A DNA stretch of 64,000 nucleotides from Alphaproteobacteria bacterium (GTDB lineage: Bacteria; Pseudomonadota; Alphaproteobacteria; UBA828), in the NCBI GenBank assembly GCA_965214705.1, contig CBDCCI010000001.1, positions 576,001-640,000 on the forward strand. The letters are read 5' to 3'. The stretch's first letter is position 1. Each line of letters starts with the position of its first letter. The position numbers were made by a program, and so were the translations under genes. The notes beneath the pieces are model-generated. The model made no database searches. It saw nothing but the letters and a program-made list of their open reading frames with translations, and was not told the DNA's origin. This document shows positions 62,120-64,000 of this stretch, in pieces.

Positions 62120-62326
62120 TCTCGACCCGGGTGCCGAGCTTGATCGCGACGGCGTCGGCCGTCACGAAGCCGATGCTGCCGATGTCCCGCGCGAGCCGTT
62201 AGGGGTTCTCCGTCATCACCTGCACGGTGTCCGCGCCGTAGTTCCGGAATGTCCGCACCGCCCGCGCCGTGCCCACGGCGTGGTTGTGCAGGAACACCCT
62301 GATCTCGCGCACGACCTTCTGCTCGG
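62120..62326 (-). pseudogene. RecD2-like helicase fragment (HhH region)
   Basis: AEQKVVREI.VFLH.H.VGTARAVR.F..YGAD.VQVMTENP*RLARDI..IGF.TADA. Confidence 0.65.
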
Positions 62327-62329
62327 CCC

Positions 62330-62601
62330 GGCAGACGCGAAAGCAGCGCCTCGTTGCACCGGTTCAGAAGCGCCACGCGCTCGTACAGCTGCCGCTGCTC
62401 ATCCTCGGACAGGACCAGGCGAGGATCCTCCTCACCGTCATCGGCGTCCGCGCCATGAAGTGCGCAGGCGACCATGAAGCGCGAGAAACTCATCCCGGCT
62501 TCCCTGGCCCGCCGTCCGATCGATGCGCGGTTCTCCGGCGAGCAATACATGCTGCGCGCACGCGCAATCTCCCGCTGCCCGCCTCCCTCGATGGCCGTCA
62601 T
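62330..62601 (-). pseudogene. MobC-like RHH gene, 3' truncated
   Basis: RSMYCS..NRASI.RRAREAGMSFSRFMVACAL...RLVLSEDEQ. Confidence 0.6.
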
Positions 62602-62985
62602 CCCAGCGCCTCCTCGGCATCGACCCGTGAACCGGCACGGCGCACCAGCACCTGCCAGGTGTCCGCCCCGGCGGAACCCTCGACGCGCTCTTTCTCGACC
62701 TCGTAGAGCACCCGCACGGCCCGCTCGATGTGCGCCACCGCGCCCGCAAGCTCGCGCGTCAAGACTCACTCTCTTGTGGACGACCGCGTGCACCTCGCCG
62801 AGGCCGACGGCGCACATGGTACCCGCATCACATCAACCGGTGCTGGCGGGAATCCGTCTTTCCGTCGCGGACCTGTGGCGCGACTGCTTTCTTCTGCCGG
62901 CGCGTTCCGGCTTCACGTCATCATTCTCCTCGTGTGGACGGCCTCGTTCACCTCTTCCATGCCGGTGGCGTACATGGCGCCCGCC

Positions 62986-63483
62986 TCACAACAGCCGATC
63001 CTGGCGGGGATCCGTTTCCCCGTCACGGGCCTGTGGCGCGATTATTTGCTTCGCGGCAGGCGGCACGACCGAGGCGGTAACGATACCGGCCCGCTCCTCA
63101 CCCAGCACCGTGGCGAGCGCAGCATGCAATTCTGCCGAGCGGCCTGGCCCGGCCATCGCGGACGCCCAGGCTGCGAACATCACCGCGATCCGTTCCTGAA
63201 TGTCGCGCACCAGGGGAACCGCATCCTCCCCCTCCAGCACCAGCGCGCGAACCTCCCGAAGCGCCTCCAGCTGCTCCCGCTGCTCTTCCTGCGCGAGCGC
63301 CAGCGCGAGACCCGCGTCCTCTTCCCAACTGTCCCGTTCCACCAGCTCCAACAGGTGGCGCGCAATCGACAGGCCGCGCCGCTCCGCGTTGCTGCGAACG
63401 ATCTCCCAATCCGCGTCCGTCGCCGAGATCGAGATGTGCCTGCTCGGCCTGCGCGCCTTCCGCCGCCGCCGCACCCGTCTCAC
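62986..63483 (-). CDS. MobC-like RHH protein
   Basis: ISISATDADWEIVRSNAERRGLSIARHLLEL; GTGA overlap with the upstream gene. Confidence 0.7.
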   Translation of the reverse strand: MRRVRRRRKARRPSRHISISATDADWEIVRSNAERRGLSIARHLLELVERDSWEEDAGLALALAQEEQREQLEALREVRALVLEGEDAVPLVRDIQERIAVMFAAWASAMAGPGRSAELHAALATVLGEERAGIVTASVVPPAAKQIIAPQARDGETDPRQDRLL

Positions 63484-63790
63484 GGCGCCCGCTCCCGCGC
63501 AAGGACGGAGATCGCGCTCACCAGGCTGAGCCCGCTGCCCCCCGGAAGCTCGCGCCGCAAAGCCCGCACGAATGCCTGCAACTCTCGCACCCCGTCCCGC
63601 TGCTCCACCTGTTCTGCTTCCGTCAGCACCAGGGATGGCGGTCCGGATCGTCGGCGAGTGCAAGCTCCAGTACATAGCGCGACACGGTCTTCTCCGCCGC
63701 CGCCGCGCGCTCCCGGATCATCGCCTGCTCCGCCGGCTTGCAGTGCAGGCTCCGCTGACGCCTGACGGGCCGCACCGCCTCCTCCGTCAC
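63480..63790 (-). pseudogene. MobC-like RHH gene with a 1-nt frameshift near 63633
   Basis: RSLHCKPAEQAMIRERAAAAEKTVSRYVLELAL, continuing LVLTEAEQ in the next frame. Confidence 0.65.
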
Positions 63791-64000
63791 GACCCGTCCT
63801 CCCCGGCCGGCCCCGCCGCCTTCCAGCGGTTCGCCGCGCCGGGATCGGTCAGCCGGTCGAGCATGCCCTCCCGCTCGATCCATTCGTCCACCGCGTCGCA
63901 GGCGTCCTCCCAGGCCTCGCCGGCGCCCGCCCCGCCCAGCCGCCTCTCCTCCAGCCTCGACATTACCAGCATCTCGCGCACCGCCCGGCGCAGGACCTCC
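63787..64000 (-). CDS. 3' end of an upstream gene in the same operon (runs off the window)
   Basis: Open frame whose stop overlaps the next start (GTGA). Confidence 0.5.
   Translation of the reverse strand, partial: EVLRRAVREMLVMSRLEERRLGGAGAGEAWEDACDAVDEWIEREGMLDRLTDPGAANRWKAAGPAGEDGS

Noticed and set aside
62776-63041. Diverged repeat pair as a DGR template/variable region
   Set aside because: Mismatches are not adenine-specific and there is no DGR RT; simple tandem duplication explains it.

Overview
High-GC mobilome region with a decayed plasmid/ICE-like backbone: toprim primase, ssb, a tandem Zn-finger gene, a relaxase-helicase fragment and an array of MobC-like RHH genes. It is heavily layered with nested mobile elements, and most boundaries can be reconstructed to the base. 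Elements: a RIT trio with 85-bp inverted repeats plus a 20-bp palindrome, three tyrosine-recombinase + IS91-type (Y2/HUH) units, two IS1111-type IS110 elements with candidate guide RNAs, an IS21 carrying a group II intron, an ISAs1 fused to DUF4338, an IS66 carrying an adenine methylase, plus IS4, IS630, an ISKra4-like IS and two tandem pairs of P4-type integrases. Cargo: hicAB, Rpn/RpnS, a Slam + surface lipoprotein pair and a glycosylation cluster. The best candidate for an undescribed system is a lower-GC cassette at about 50.4-61.7 kb. There, lexA-like repressor > 1004-aa N6-adenine MTase > PD-(D/E)xK nuclease converges on an orphan HicA-like gene > 684-aa ParB/Srx-like protein. The last two genes only appear after removing the IS elements that interrupt them. 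No rRNA, tRNA or CRISPR array was seen. All family assignments are from motif recognition by eye, not database searches.
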